Assembly (NCBI GenBank): GCA_964035545.1
Contig: OZ037765.1
Coordinates: 1-64,000, forward strand
Direction: 5' to 3'
DNA from: Bugula neritina
Lineage: Eukaryota > Animalia > Bryozoa
DNA: 64,000 nt
Shown here: positions 50,962-61,745 of the stretch, piece by piece
Position numbering within the stretch: position 1 is the first letter of the stretch
Layout of the letters: the number at the start of each line of letters is the position of its first letter
The notes under the pieces: generated by a model
What the model was told of the DNA's origin: nothing
What the model saw: only the letters and a program-made list of their open reading frames with translations
Database searches by the model: none
Made by a program: the position numbers and the translations under genes

Positions 50962-53364
50962 TCAAAATCCCACAAGTGTCAGCCTGTTACTTCCTGTCTC
51001 AACCATCTTAGTGAATGCTTGACTCAACACTCGGTGAAATGCTCGTTGGTCAACTGCAAACTCTCTCACCTGAAATAAACCTGTCCGACTGTACTGAAGA
51101 AATAAAATATTACTTAATAATAACTAGTAACTACTAACTGCTCATTACTAACTAGTAACTACTTACTGCTTATTACTAACTAGTAACTACTTACTGCTCA
51201 TTACTAACTAGTAACTACTAACCATCTACTACTGTAAGTAGTAACTACTCCCTACTATTGACTAGTTACTAACTACTCCCTACTATTGACTAGTTACTAA
51301 CTACTCCCTACTATTGACTAGTTACTAACTACTCCCTACTATTGACTAGTTACTAACTACTCCCTACCATTGACTAGTTACTAACTACTCCCTACTATTG
51401 ACTAGTTACTAACTACTCCCTACCATTGACTAGTTACTAACTACTCCCTACTATTGACTAGTTACTAACTACTCCCTACTATTGACTAATTACTAACTAC
51501 TCCCTACTATTGACTAGTTACTAACTACTCCCTACTCACCACTAATGCGGTGTGGGATAGCTCACATGTACTGTATCTACAGTCAGGAATGCCGTAGATG
51601 CCTGTGACATTGTATTGTTTATAAATACCCATATCAGCGTGTAACATCAACATTGGCCAATTCCCTCTCTTCTTACTCCACTGACTTGACCTGGGAAAAC
51701 ATAATTATTTCACTATTGATACCCGTAAAATCTCTCTTGGCTGCAGAGATCAATTAACTGCAGAACTCAATACATTGTGAAGCTCAGTGTAGTATAGAAC
51801 TCAGTGTAGTGTAGAGCTCAGTGTAGTGTAGAGCTCAGTGTGTGTAGTGTAGAGCTCAGTGTAGTGTAGAGCTCAGTGTAGTGTAGAGCTCAGTGTAGTG
51901 TAGAGCTCAGTGTAGTGTAGAGCTCAGTGTAGTGTAGAGCTCAGTGTAGTGTAGAGCTCAGTTTAGTGTAGAGCTCAGTTTAGTGTAGAGCTCAGTGTGT
52001 GTCGTGTAGAGCTCACTGTGTGTCATGTAGAGCAATCAATAACATGACTGTAAAAGAGTTACAATACTCAACTTACACGAGATCCACGGCTGGCTCCCGT
52101 CTTTTTTCCACCTGCCAACCAGGTTGTATCATATTTTCATAGTAGTTGTTGTCTAGAGCTCTAGGAGTTGTGTCCCACACACCAGAATAACCGGAGACAT
52201 TACTACTACATCCACCTAGGGAGTGAACTCCTGTATCGATATGTACACCAATATATACATATAGTAGTAATATATACATATAGTAGTAATATATACATAT
52301 AGTAGTAATATATACATATATTAGTAATATATACATATATTAGTAATATATACGTATAGTAGTAATATATACATATAGTAGTAATATATATATATATATA
52401 TATATCAAATATTCTAGTAACTAATTATGACTCACCAATTAGTCCAACCGCCTGGCGGGCTGACAACTCAAACGTTTCCATCAAATACTCTACAGAATCT
52501 GTAGAACCTGGGTCTGGAAATATCCTTACCGGGAAACCATTACTAAGATCACAGTCTACACGGCCAGTTTTGAAAGGGACTCTCACTCTTCCACCCGCTA
52601 TTCTTGCAGTATATTTAAGAGTTTCGGTTGCTATGAATACATTTACGTCAGCTTGAGAAAGTAGAGGGGAGTTTTCTTTTCGGAACTGGGCAGCCAACTG
52701 GACAACTGGCACCAGATCTATTGGAATAAATAAGCTTGTAGATAGAGTTGAGAGTTGGTACTGATACTTACTGTTGTTAGAGTTGGTACTAATACTTACT
52801 GTTGTTAGAGTTGGTACTGATACTTACTGTTGTTAGAGTTGGTACTAATACTTACTGATGTTAGAGTTGGTACTAATACTTACTGTTGTTAGGGTTGGTA
52901 CTGATACTTACTGATGTTAGAGTTGGTACTAATACTTACTGATGTTGTTAGAGTTGGTACTAATACTCACTGATGTTGTTAGAGTTGGTAGTGTCCACAC
53001 ATCCATCACACCCCCCAATGCAATCATGGAAAGCAAACTGAATCATTCTTGGTAATAAATACGACTACAATGTGTGCAGAGTATGCCGTAGAATTCAGCG
53101 ACTATAAGTACACATATGGGTGATAATGTTTCAGGTTCTACACAGCATCTCACTGTGCTTGAGCATTGCAAATGATGCTGTTTTTAGACAAAATGAAAAC
53201 TAACTACTGAAAGGGTGATGTTTAATATTTACATTTTCTGCTATAACATCAGCCATCTTAGTTTTCATGTAGGCATATTGCATGGCAGAAAGTTCCCCAG
53301 TACAGAGTTGAAAACCAACCAGGAGGGTGATAGTCTTAACTAGGAGCTGTGATATCCCCATCAT
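50962..53364 (-). CDS. Secreted plant-type (peroxidase-catalase superfamily, ascorbate-peroxidase-like) heme peroxidase, 306 aa, 6 coding exons
   Basis: Exons 53364-53233, 53064-52971, 52717-52436, 52230-52077, 51690-51540 and 51069-50962 (921 nt). All introns are GT-AG with matching phases 0,1,1,2,0. Signal-like N-terminus MMGISQLLVKTITLLVGFQLCTG. Family motifs: FAFHDCIGGCDGC (distal His), SQAD, PFKTGRVDC, LIGVHSLG (proximal His), LDNNYY, MLHAD (proximal Asp), AFTKM. Confidence 0.92.
51121..51536. repeat. Intronic compound minisatellite of two related 28-bp units (TAACTAGTAACTACTTACTGCTCATTAC about x4; CTACTCCCTACTATTGACTAGTTACTAA about x10)
   Basis: Lies inside peroxidase intron 51070-51539 and begins 3 nt after the start of the donor. 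Confidence 0.95.
51781..52032. repeat. Intronic 17-bp minisatellite GTAGAGCTCAGTGTAGT
   Basis: Lies inside peroxidase intron 51691-52076. Confidence 0.95.
52251..52405. repeat. Intronic 19-bp minisatellite TAGTAGTAATATATACATA ending in (TA)n
   Basis: Lies inside peroxidase intron 52231-52435. Confidence 0.93.
52747..52990 (-). repeat. 28/31-bp tandem repeat of the exon 3' end plus 5' splice site (TACCAACTCTAACAACA|GTAAGTATYAG), 8 donors
   Basis: The first unit overlaps coding sequence (TNSNNI) and the real donor at 52970. Confidence 0.95.
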
Positions 53365-53490
53365 ATGTACCACCTAGTAATAGACACAGTGACTCATACA
53401 AGGAGCGTGTTAGTTCTAAAGAATAATTTCTGCTAAACTTAGATATAGCATCTCCACTTTTATTTTTTTCTGTAAGGCTGTAATACTTAC

Positions 53491-53515
53491 GATAACAGTA
53501 GCTGAGCTGTTGGCA
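53491..53515 (-). other. Candidate 25-nt 5' UTR exon of the peroxidase gene
   Basis: Minus strand reads ctctgtAG|TGCCAACAGCTCAGCTACTGTTATC|GTAAGT. An acceptor (tactAG) precedes the ATG-containing exon at 53373. Confidence 0.45.
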
Positions 53516-53663
53516 CTACAGAGTATAGTATATCAGTAGAAGGTAGTATATCCTGTAAGTACTGTACTGATACACTACAGAGTATAGTATATCAGTAGAA
53601 GGTAGTATATCCTGTAAGTACTATACTGATACACTACAGAGTATAGTATATCGGTAGAAGGTA
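53514..53663. repeat. 59-bp tandem repeat, about 2.5 copies
   Basis: CACTACAGAG recurs at 53514, 53573 and 53632. Confidence 0.93.
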
Positions 53664-53796
53664 AAAATAGAGATGAATAATAGTGAGGTGAGAAAATGTG
53701 GGACAGGTTGACGTGGTTGTTGCTGGTACCAGGTGTTTAGTCTTCTTTCAGAAAAATACGTAATAATATAATAAACTGCATTATTATGATATTATG

Positions 53797-54490
53797 ATAC
53801 TATACAGTTATATGTAATATTACTCTATATACTATACAGTTATATGTAATATTACTCTATACTATACAGTTATATGTAATATTACTCTATACTATACAGT
53901 TATATGTAATATTACTCTATACTATACAGTTATATGTAATATTACTCTATATACTATACAGTTATATGTAATATTACTCTATACTATACAGTTATATGTA
54001 ATATTACTCTATACTATACAGTTATATGTAATATTACTCTATACTATACAGTTATATGTAATATTACTCTATACTATACAGTTATATGTAATATTACTCT
54101 ATACTATACAGTTATATGTAATATTACTCTATACTATACAGTTATATGTAATATTACTCTATACTATACAGTTATATGTAATATTACTCTATACTATACA
54201 GTTATATGTAATATTACTCTATACTATACAGTTATATGTAATATTACTCTATACTATACAGTTATATGTAATATTACTCTATATACTATATAGTTATATG
54301 TAATATTACTCTATACTATACAGTTATATGTAATATTACTCTATACTATACAGTTATATGTAATATTACTCTATACTATACAGTTATATGTAATATTACT
54401 CTATACTATACAGTTATATGTAATATTACTCTATACTATACAGTTATATGTAATATTACTCTATACTATACAGTTATATGTAATATTACT
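53797..54490. repeat. 30-bp minisatellite ATACTATACAGTTATATGTAATATTACTCT, about 23 nearly identical copies
   Basis: Period 30 with a few 32-bp units. Possibly inside a 5' UTR intron of the peroxidase (minus-strand GTAAGT at 54578). Confidence 0.97.
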
Positions 54491-54760
54491 TTTTTATGGT
54501 GCCATAAGTTATATTTTGTGTTACATATGAAAGATTACTATGCCATACAACAATAATTATTATACATGATAGACTTACAAATATCTCCTTACAGCATCAA
54601 CTTAACTAAAACTACCTCCAGCTTTGACTGTTGTTGTGAGACAACTTTCAGACTGACTGGTGAGACAGCTTTCAAGCTTTGACTGTAGTGGGAAGAAAAC
54701 TCAAAACATGATTGCTTCCAATAATCGAAAATCAACAACTAAAATAAACTTTAACTCAGT

Positions 54761-54766
54761 TTTATT
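54761..54766 (-). terminator. Candidate polyadenylation signal (AATAAA) of the laminin-N/Ig gene
   Basis: TTTATT on the plus strand about 160 nt past the stop at 54928. Confidence 0.4.
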
Positions 54767-54927
54767 ATTAACTTGCTTTAAACTTTATATACCAAAATAT
54801 TTTTTTCGCAATTGAAAACATTTAGTTTATAAACAAAAGTTTATCTTTATCATATTCATTGGTTTGATGGACTTCAAAGTAGAATTATGGGGTCTTTTAG
54901 ACCTTGGGTAGTTACGGGGAGAGAGAG

Positions 54928-57900
54928 CTACTCCCAGCGTATCTTCCATGTGACACTCTCTTCACCTGAAACATGAGTATACTTACCTATATTTTTAGTA
55001 TATATACTTACCTCTACTGTTAGTATATATACTTACCTTTATAACTGTTAGTATATATACTTACCTCTACTGTTAGTATATATACTTACCTCTACTGTTA
55101 GTATATATACTTACCTCTACTGTTAGCATATATACTTAACTATACTGTTAGTATATATACTCACCTCTACTGTTAGTATATATACTTAACTATACTGTTA
55201 GTATATATACTCACCTCTGCTGCTAGTATATATACTTACCTCTACTGTTAGTATATATACTTACCTAAACTGTTAGTATATATACTTAACTATACTGTTA
55301 GTATATATACTCACCTAGTCTATTTGAAGCTACACATGTTATTTCTTCATTGGTGCCAATTCTACTGTCGTAGCCTATTTTCAACTGGGTTTGCTTAGTG
55401 GTTTCTACATAGTAGCCCGTCCTACTCCACTTATACATGGGCAAAGGCCGAGCTAATACTGTACAAGTCAACACATGCTGTGTGGATTGATCCAGACTGA
55501 GTTCTATAACATTGTCACCTTCAATGACTGGAGCATCTGCAATCAATAAAGATACGCCTCTTCTATTTCCCCGACTCCCCAGCTGAGATACATGTATACT
55601 CTTATTAACCACTTAAAACCTAGACTTAGCCCTCCTCCACTTACAGTGTGGTAAGATCCTCACTGATTTATGGAGTTGTTCCCCTTTCAGGGTTTTCCCA
55701 TGTGCAGAGTTGTCTGTACATCTGATGATGAAGCCGGATCTATGTTCGGGACGGGATGTGTAACTCGCCTTCTTCCTGAACGTCGGTAGATCCGTGTGAT
55801 TGTCAGCATGGATAATTTCTGTTCAGGAATTGTATTGCTATCATATGTATTACTATTATATGTATTACTATTATATGTATTACTATCATATGTATTACTA
55901 TCATATATATTACTATCATATGTATTACTACCATATGTATTACTATCATATATATTACTATCATATATATTACTATCATATGTATTACTACCATATGTAT
56001 TACTACCATATATATTACTATCATATGTATTACTATCATATGTATTACTATCATATATATTACTATCATATGTATTACTATCATATGTATTACTACCATA
56101 TGTATTACTATCATATATATTACTATCATATATATTACTATCATATGTATTACTACCATATGTATTACTATCATATATATTACTATCATATATATTACTA
56201 TCATATATATTACTATCATATGTATTACTACCTATGTATTACTATCATATGTATTACTATCATATATATTACTATCATATGTATTACTATCATATGTATT
56301 ACTATCATATGTATTACTATCATATGTATTACTATCATATATATTACTGTCATATGTTAAAATATAAACATCATCTAGCTAGAATAACTAACTTACTGTA
56401 TGTAAAGTGTGACTTTCTACTATGTGAAAGGCATTTGACAACAAATCTCATTCCTTCTACCACCTTCTTTGGTCTGGTGATTAAGGAAACACTGCCTGGT
56501 AACGCTGTAAAATGATGACTCTACATTCTAGTGATATACACATACAGTCCTATACTATACACAAACAGCCCTATACTATACACATACAGTCCTATACTAT
56601 ACACAAACAGCCCTATACTATACACAAACAGCCCTATACTATACACATACAGTCCTATACTATACACATACAGTCCTATACTATACACAAACAGTCCTAT
56701 ACTATACACAAACAGCCCTATACTATACACAAACAGCCCTATACTATACACAAACAGTCCTATACTATACACAAACAGTCCTATACTATACACAAACAGT
56801 CCTATACTATACACAAACAGCCCTATACTATACACAAACAGTCCTATACTATACACAAACAGTCCTATACTATACACATACAGTCCTATACTATACACAA
56901 ACAGTCCTATACTATACACAAACAGCCCTATACTATACACATACAGTCCTATACTATACACATACAGTCCTATACTATACGCAAACAATGTCTTATACTA
57001 TACACAATTTTACTGTACATACACAGTCCTACACTACACGCGCACACCTCTATACTACAGCTCTACACTTCTACTCTACACTTCTACTCTACACTTCTAC
57101 TCTACACCTCTACTCTACACTTCTACTCTACACTTCTACTCTACCCTTCTACTCTACACTTCTACTCTACACTTCTACTCTACACCTCTACTCTACACCT
57201 CTACTCTACACTTCTACTCTACACTTCTACTCTACACTACTACTCTACACTACTACTCTACACTTCTACTCTACACTTCTACTCTACACTTCTACTCTAC
57301 ACTACTACTCTACACTTCTACTCTACACCTCTACTCTACACTTCTACTCTACACTTCTACTCTACACTACTACTCTACACTACTACTCTACACTTCTACT
57401 CTACACTTCTACTCTACACTACTACTCTACACTTCTACTCTACACATGAGTAAGAGTGTAGAGTGCTATGAATCTAATCGTGACCTTCACCTTGTTACAA
57501 CTCACCCTTGACCTTTTTCAGAGGTACTAACTGGCTCACTTTGTACCTTCCCTCAGAGATGGATTGAGTTGCGCAATAGAAATACCCACCAGACATCTCC
57601 ACAGAAACTTCTACCAGAGTAACCATAGTCTGGAAGTCATTCACTTGCGCAGAGTCAGGTTGTTTCACAGAGACCACGTGGAACTGTTTGCTTCTTCTAC
57701 CTAGAGTCATACTCGACCATCTACCATCTGAGTTGAGCTTTCTCTTAGCTGCAGTCGCTGCTCCTTTGCCCCGTCTTCTGAACACCAGCCATTGCGATGC
57801 TGCCTCAGAGGTGCAGCTGAAGCTACACGTCACTCTGATGACATCACTAGCATAGAACTCTGGGTAGCCAAGTGACGTGTAAGAGATTCCAACATCTGGT

Positions 57901-60900
57901 AAAGCGTCTGAGAGAATCAGATAAATACAACTGCTTTACATCATAATTGAATGTAGCTATGTGAGTAAACTGTACCAGAATATATCATTGACAAAGAATT
58001 ACTCACCATTACTACAGCTAGGATTGGGTACCAGCCTATAGATAGAAACAACGTAGACAGCCATTATGTAATAATTTATTACCGAACGACATACTCATAT
58101 ATTACCAGACAACATACTCATATATTATCAGACAACATATTCATATATTATCATACAACATACTCATATATCATCAGACAACATATTCATATATTATCAG
58201 AAAACATATTCATATATCATCAGACAACATACTCATATATTATCATACAACATACTCATATATTATCAGACAACATACTCATATATTATCATACAACATA
58301 TTCATATATCATCATACAACATACTCATATATTACCAGACAACATACTCATATATTATCAGACAACATACTCATATATTATCATACAACATATTCATATA
58401 TCATCAGACAACATACTCATATATTACCAGACAACATAAACATACATCATCAGACAACATGTTCATATTACTTTACCTGCCAAAGACAACCAACTCGGAG
58501 ATCATGTGCCCAAAGTTTGGCCAAATCTTATCATCGTAACCATGGAGATACACGGACAGGGAATGTGCATTCATCGCCCTAGAGCTAATTTCCTCCTGGA
58601 ATCTTCTGGAATCTTCTTTATTTTTAATCCATTTCATCCTCAGCACTCCATTATACATGTCTTTGCTGTGCGCATCATATTGCCTTCAATCATATACTAT
58701 ACTGTTGTATATCATATTACATGTTGTATATCATATTACATGTTGTATATCATATTATATGTAGTATATCATATCATATGTTGTATATCATATCATATGT
58801 AGTATATCATAGTATATGCTGTATATCATATTATATGTAGTATATCATATTATATGTTGTATATCATATCATATGTAGTATATCATAGTATATGTTGTAT
58901 ATCATATTATATGTTGTATATCATATTATATGTTGTATATCATATTATAAGTTGTATATTATATTATATGTTGTATATCATATTATATGTTGTATATCAT
59001 ATTATAAGTTGTATATCATATTATATGTTGTATATCATATTATATGTAGTATATCATATTATCTGGTAAATATACAAACGTGTAGAGTTGCAGTTCATCC
59101 TCACAAGTGAGCGGCTGACTCTGAGGGAAATGAACCGGCAGATTGAGATCCTGGCAGTCATTTACAGCGGCATATAACGACAGTTCTGATTGGTCCGTTT
59201 TAGAGAATAACAGAAATTCTGGAAAACCTCCAGTGTATAAGTCTGCATAGAACACCTAAAAGTCAAATACAAATAGTAGTAATATAGTATTATAGTATAG
59301 TAATATAGTAGTATAGTATAGTAATATAGTAGTAAAGTATAGTAATATAGTATTATAGTATAGTAATATAGTAGTATAGTATAGTATTATAGTAATATAG
59401 TAGTATAGTATAGTATTATAGTAATATGGTATAGTAATATAGTATTATAGTATAGTAATATAGTATTATAGTATAGTACTATAGTATTATAGTATAGTAA
59501 TATAGTATTATAGTATAGTAATATAGTATTATAGTATAGTACTATAGTATTATAGTATAGTAATATAGTATTATAGTATAGTAATATAGTAGTAAAGTAT
59601 AGTAATATAGTATTATAGTATAGTACTATAGTATTATAGTATAGTACTATAGTATTATAGTATAGTAATATAGTATTATAGTATAGTACTATAGTAGTAA
59701 AGTATAGTAATATAGTAGTAAAGTATAGTACTATAGTAGTAAAGTGTAGTAATATAGTATTATAGTATAGTACTATAGTAGTAAAGTATAGTACTATAGT
59801 ATTATGGTATAGTAATATAGTATTATAGTATAGTAATATAGTATTATAGTATAGTACTATAGTATTATAGTATAGTACTATAGTAGTAAAGTGTAGTAAT
59901 ATAGTAGTAAAGTATAGTACTATAGTAGTAAAGTATAGTGATATAGTATTATAGTATAGTAATATAGTAGTATAGTGATATAGTAATATATAGTATAGTA
60001 ATAGAGTAATATATAGTGTAGTAATATAGTAATATGTAGTATAGTAATATAGTAAGGTATAGCATAGTAATATAGTAATATATAGCATAGTAATATAATA
60101 ATGTATAGCATAGTAATATAGTAATATGTAGTATAGTAATATAGTAAGGTATAGCATAGTAATATAGTAATATATAGCATAGTAATATAGTAATATATAG
60201 TATAGTAATATAGTAATGTATAGCATAGTAATATAGTAATATATAGTATAGTAATATAGTAATATGTAGTATAGTAATATAGTAATATGTAGTATAGTAA
60301 TATAGTAATATATAGTATAGTAATATAGTAATATATAGTATATTAATATAGTAATATATAGTATAGCAAACCTGGTAAAGCCCGTCTAGCACTACAGTCA
60401 CTTTGCTGTACTCGGTCTCCTGAGACATCCAAAAGGTTCTGGGGTTACCATCAGCAATGAAGAGAGGGACGTGAGTGTCCATGCTTATAGTAGAGGAAGT
60501 TGAGAGCTTACTCTGCGGTGATGAGCAGTTCAAGGTCATCCAGTTGAAGGGATCCAGAATCTGCCAGGAGTGGATGAGAGAGAATTTGTCTGGACATCCA
60601 CACTCTAATGGCTTATCCCTGGGCTGAGTCATGGCATCATTCGCACCACATTGTTGTGAGCAACTAAGTAACAAACTTGTCCCATCACTAATCCTGCAGA
60701 GAAAGAGGTCACATGACACGTGCGAGATGGAGATGGGCTCATGGCATCAGCACACAGCTATAAATAGACACATACCGATTATTCGATATTTCCATGTTTG
60801 GCGGAAATGACGTGACAAGACGAATGTGATGCTTCTTAACACATCCCCCTGTTTTCTCTCCTTTAACAAACTTATTCTCAACAATATTCCAGAGTGGAGG

Positions 60901-61032
60901 CTCTGTTATCAACTCACTATACAAACCACTGACCGTGTCGATATCATTGGGCGAAAGATTAAAATTCTTTATGCAACATGAGTTTGGCAGCCATGTTAGT
61001 ATCAGCAGAGGCAGAAAGAACATCAAGCTCAT
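54928..61032 (-). CDS. Secreted protein with a laminin N-terminal (usherin/netrin-like) region followed by three Ig-like domains, 644 aa, 10 exons
   Basis: Exons 61032-60776, 60693-60372, 59255-59080, 58683-58477, 58035-58007, 57907-57506, 56504-56397, 55818-55645, 55536-55315 and 54965-54928 (1935 nt, phases 2,0,2,2,1,1,1,1,1). The exon 4 acceptor (AAG) is the least certain. Signal-like MSLMFFLPLLILTWLPNSCC. IADGNPRTFWMS, VTVVLDGLYQV and MISELVVFGR resemble laminin-N motifs. Ig cysteine pairs are VTC...YFYC, VKC...IRC and LTC..W...ITCVASNRLG. Confidence 0.85.
54976..55315 (-). repeat. 25-bp tandem repeat of the 5' splice site (G|GTAAGTATATATACTAACAGTAGA), 14 units
   Basis: Fills almost all of intron 54966-55314. 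The first unit is the real donor. Confidence 0.96.
55832..56357. repeat. Intronic 15-bp minisatellite ATGTATTACTATCAT
   Basis: Lies inside intron 55819-56396 and is the source of the (MYYYH)n and (YVLLS)n ORFs. Confidence 0.97.
56535..57005. repeat. Intronic 21-bp minisatellite ATACACAAACAGTCCTATACT
   Basis: Lies inside intron 56505-57505. Confidence 0.96.
57061..57445. repeat. Intronic 13-bp minisatellite ACACTTCTACTCT
   Basis: Second array in intron 56505-57505; period 13 (57065, 57078, 57091). Confidence 0.96.
58090..58469. repeat. Intronic 23-bp minisatellite ACATACTCATATATTATCAGACA
   Basis: Lies inside intron 58036-58476. Confidence 0.95.
58703..59062. repeat. Intronic 19-bp minisatellite TGTTGTATATCATATTATA
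   Basis: Lies inside intron 58684-59079. Confidence 0.95.
59275..60366. repeat. Intronic minisatellite, 21-bp (AATATAGTATTATAGTATAGT) grading into a related 23-bp unit
   Basis: Fills intron 59256-60371 to within a few bases of the donor. Confidence 0.95.
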
Positions 61033-61232
61033 CTTAACCTTGCTTTGATAGGTCTATATTTTACTAACACTTGCTCTAATAGGTCTATATTTTACTTTGC
61101 CCAGCTCCCATCTATAAGGCAATGTGCATAAAGCGTTATAAAGGTATGTGGCAAACATTAAAAGAATTCAGCAAAACTTTTACAAATTTGGTAAATTTAA
61201 CAATCATTACATTAACTATCATATTATATAAT

Positions 61233-61745
61233 ATACACTTACTATCATAATATATACTATACACTTACTATTATAAATACCTACTATACACTTACTATTA
61301 TAAATACCTACTATACACTTACTATTATATATACTATACACTTACTATTATATATACTATACACGTATTATTATATATACTATACACTTACTATTATATA
61401 TACTATACACTTACTATTATATATACTATACACTTACTATTATATATACCTACTATACACTTACTATTATATATACCTACTATACACTTACTATTATATA
61501 TACCTACTATACACTTACTATTATATATACTATACACTTACTATTATATATACTATACACTTACTATTATATATACTATACACTATACTATTATATATAA
61601 CTACTAACACTTACTATTATATATACTATACACTTACTATTATATATACTACGCACTTACTATTATATATACTACACACTTACTATTATATATACTATAC
61701 ACTTACTATTATTTCTACTATACACTTACTATTATATATACTATT
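61233..61745. repeat. 23/27-bp minisatellite TACTATACACTTACTATTATATA between the divergent genes
   Basis: Direct periodicity. Most units contain ACTTAC, which is GTAAGT on the minus strand. Confidence 0.93.

Noticed and set aside
55796-57511. Long ORFs such as (MYYYH)n, (YVLLS)n, (YTIHKQS)n and (STLLLYT)n that look like repetitive structural proteins
   Set aside because: They arise in several frames and on both strands from stop-free intronic minisatellites lying within a coherent minus-strand gene.
58506-60226. Tyr/Ile-rich ORFs (58506, 58854, 58892, 59387, 59920) and the tail of ORF 59949-60719
   Set aside because: Translations of the 19-, 21- and 23-bp intronic arrays, or antisense to real exons.
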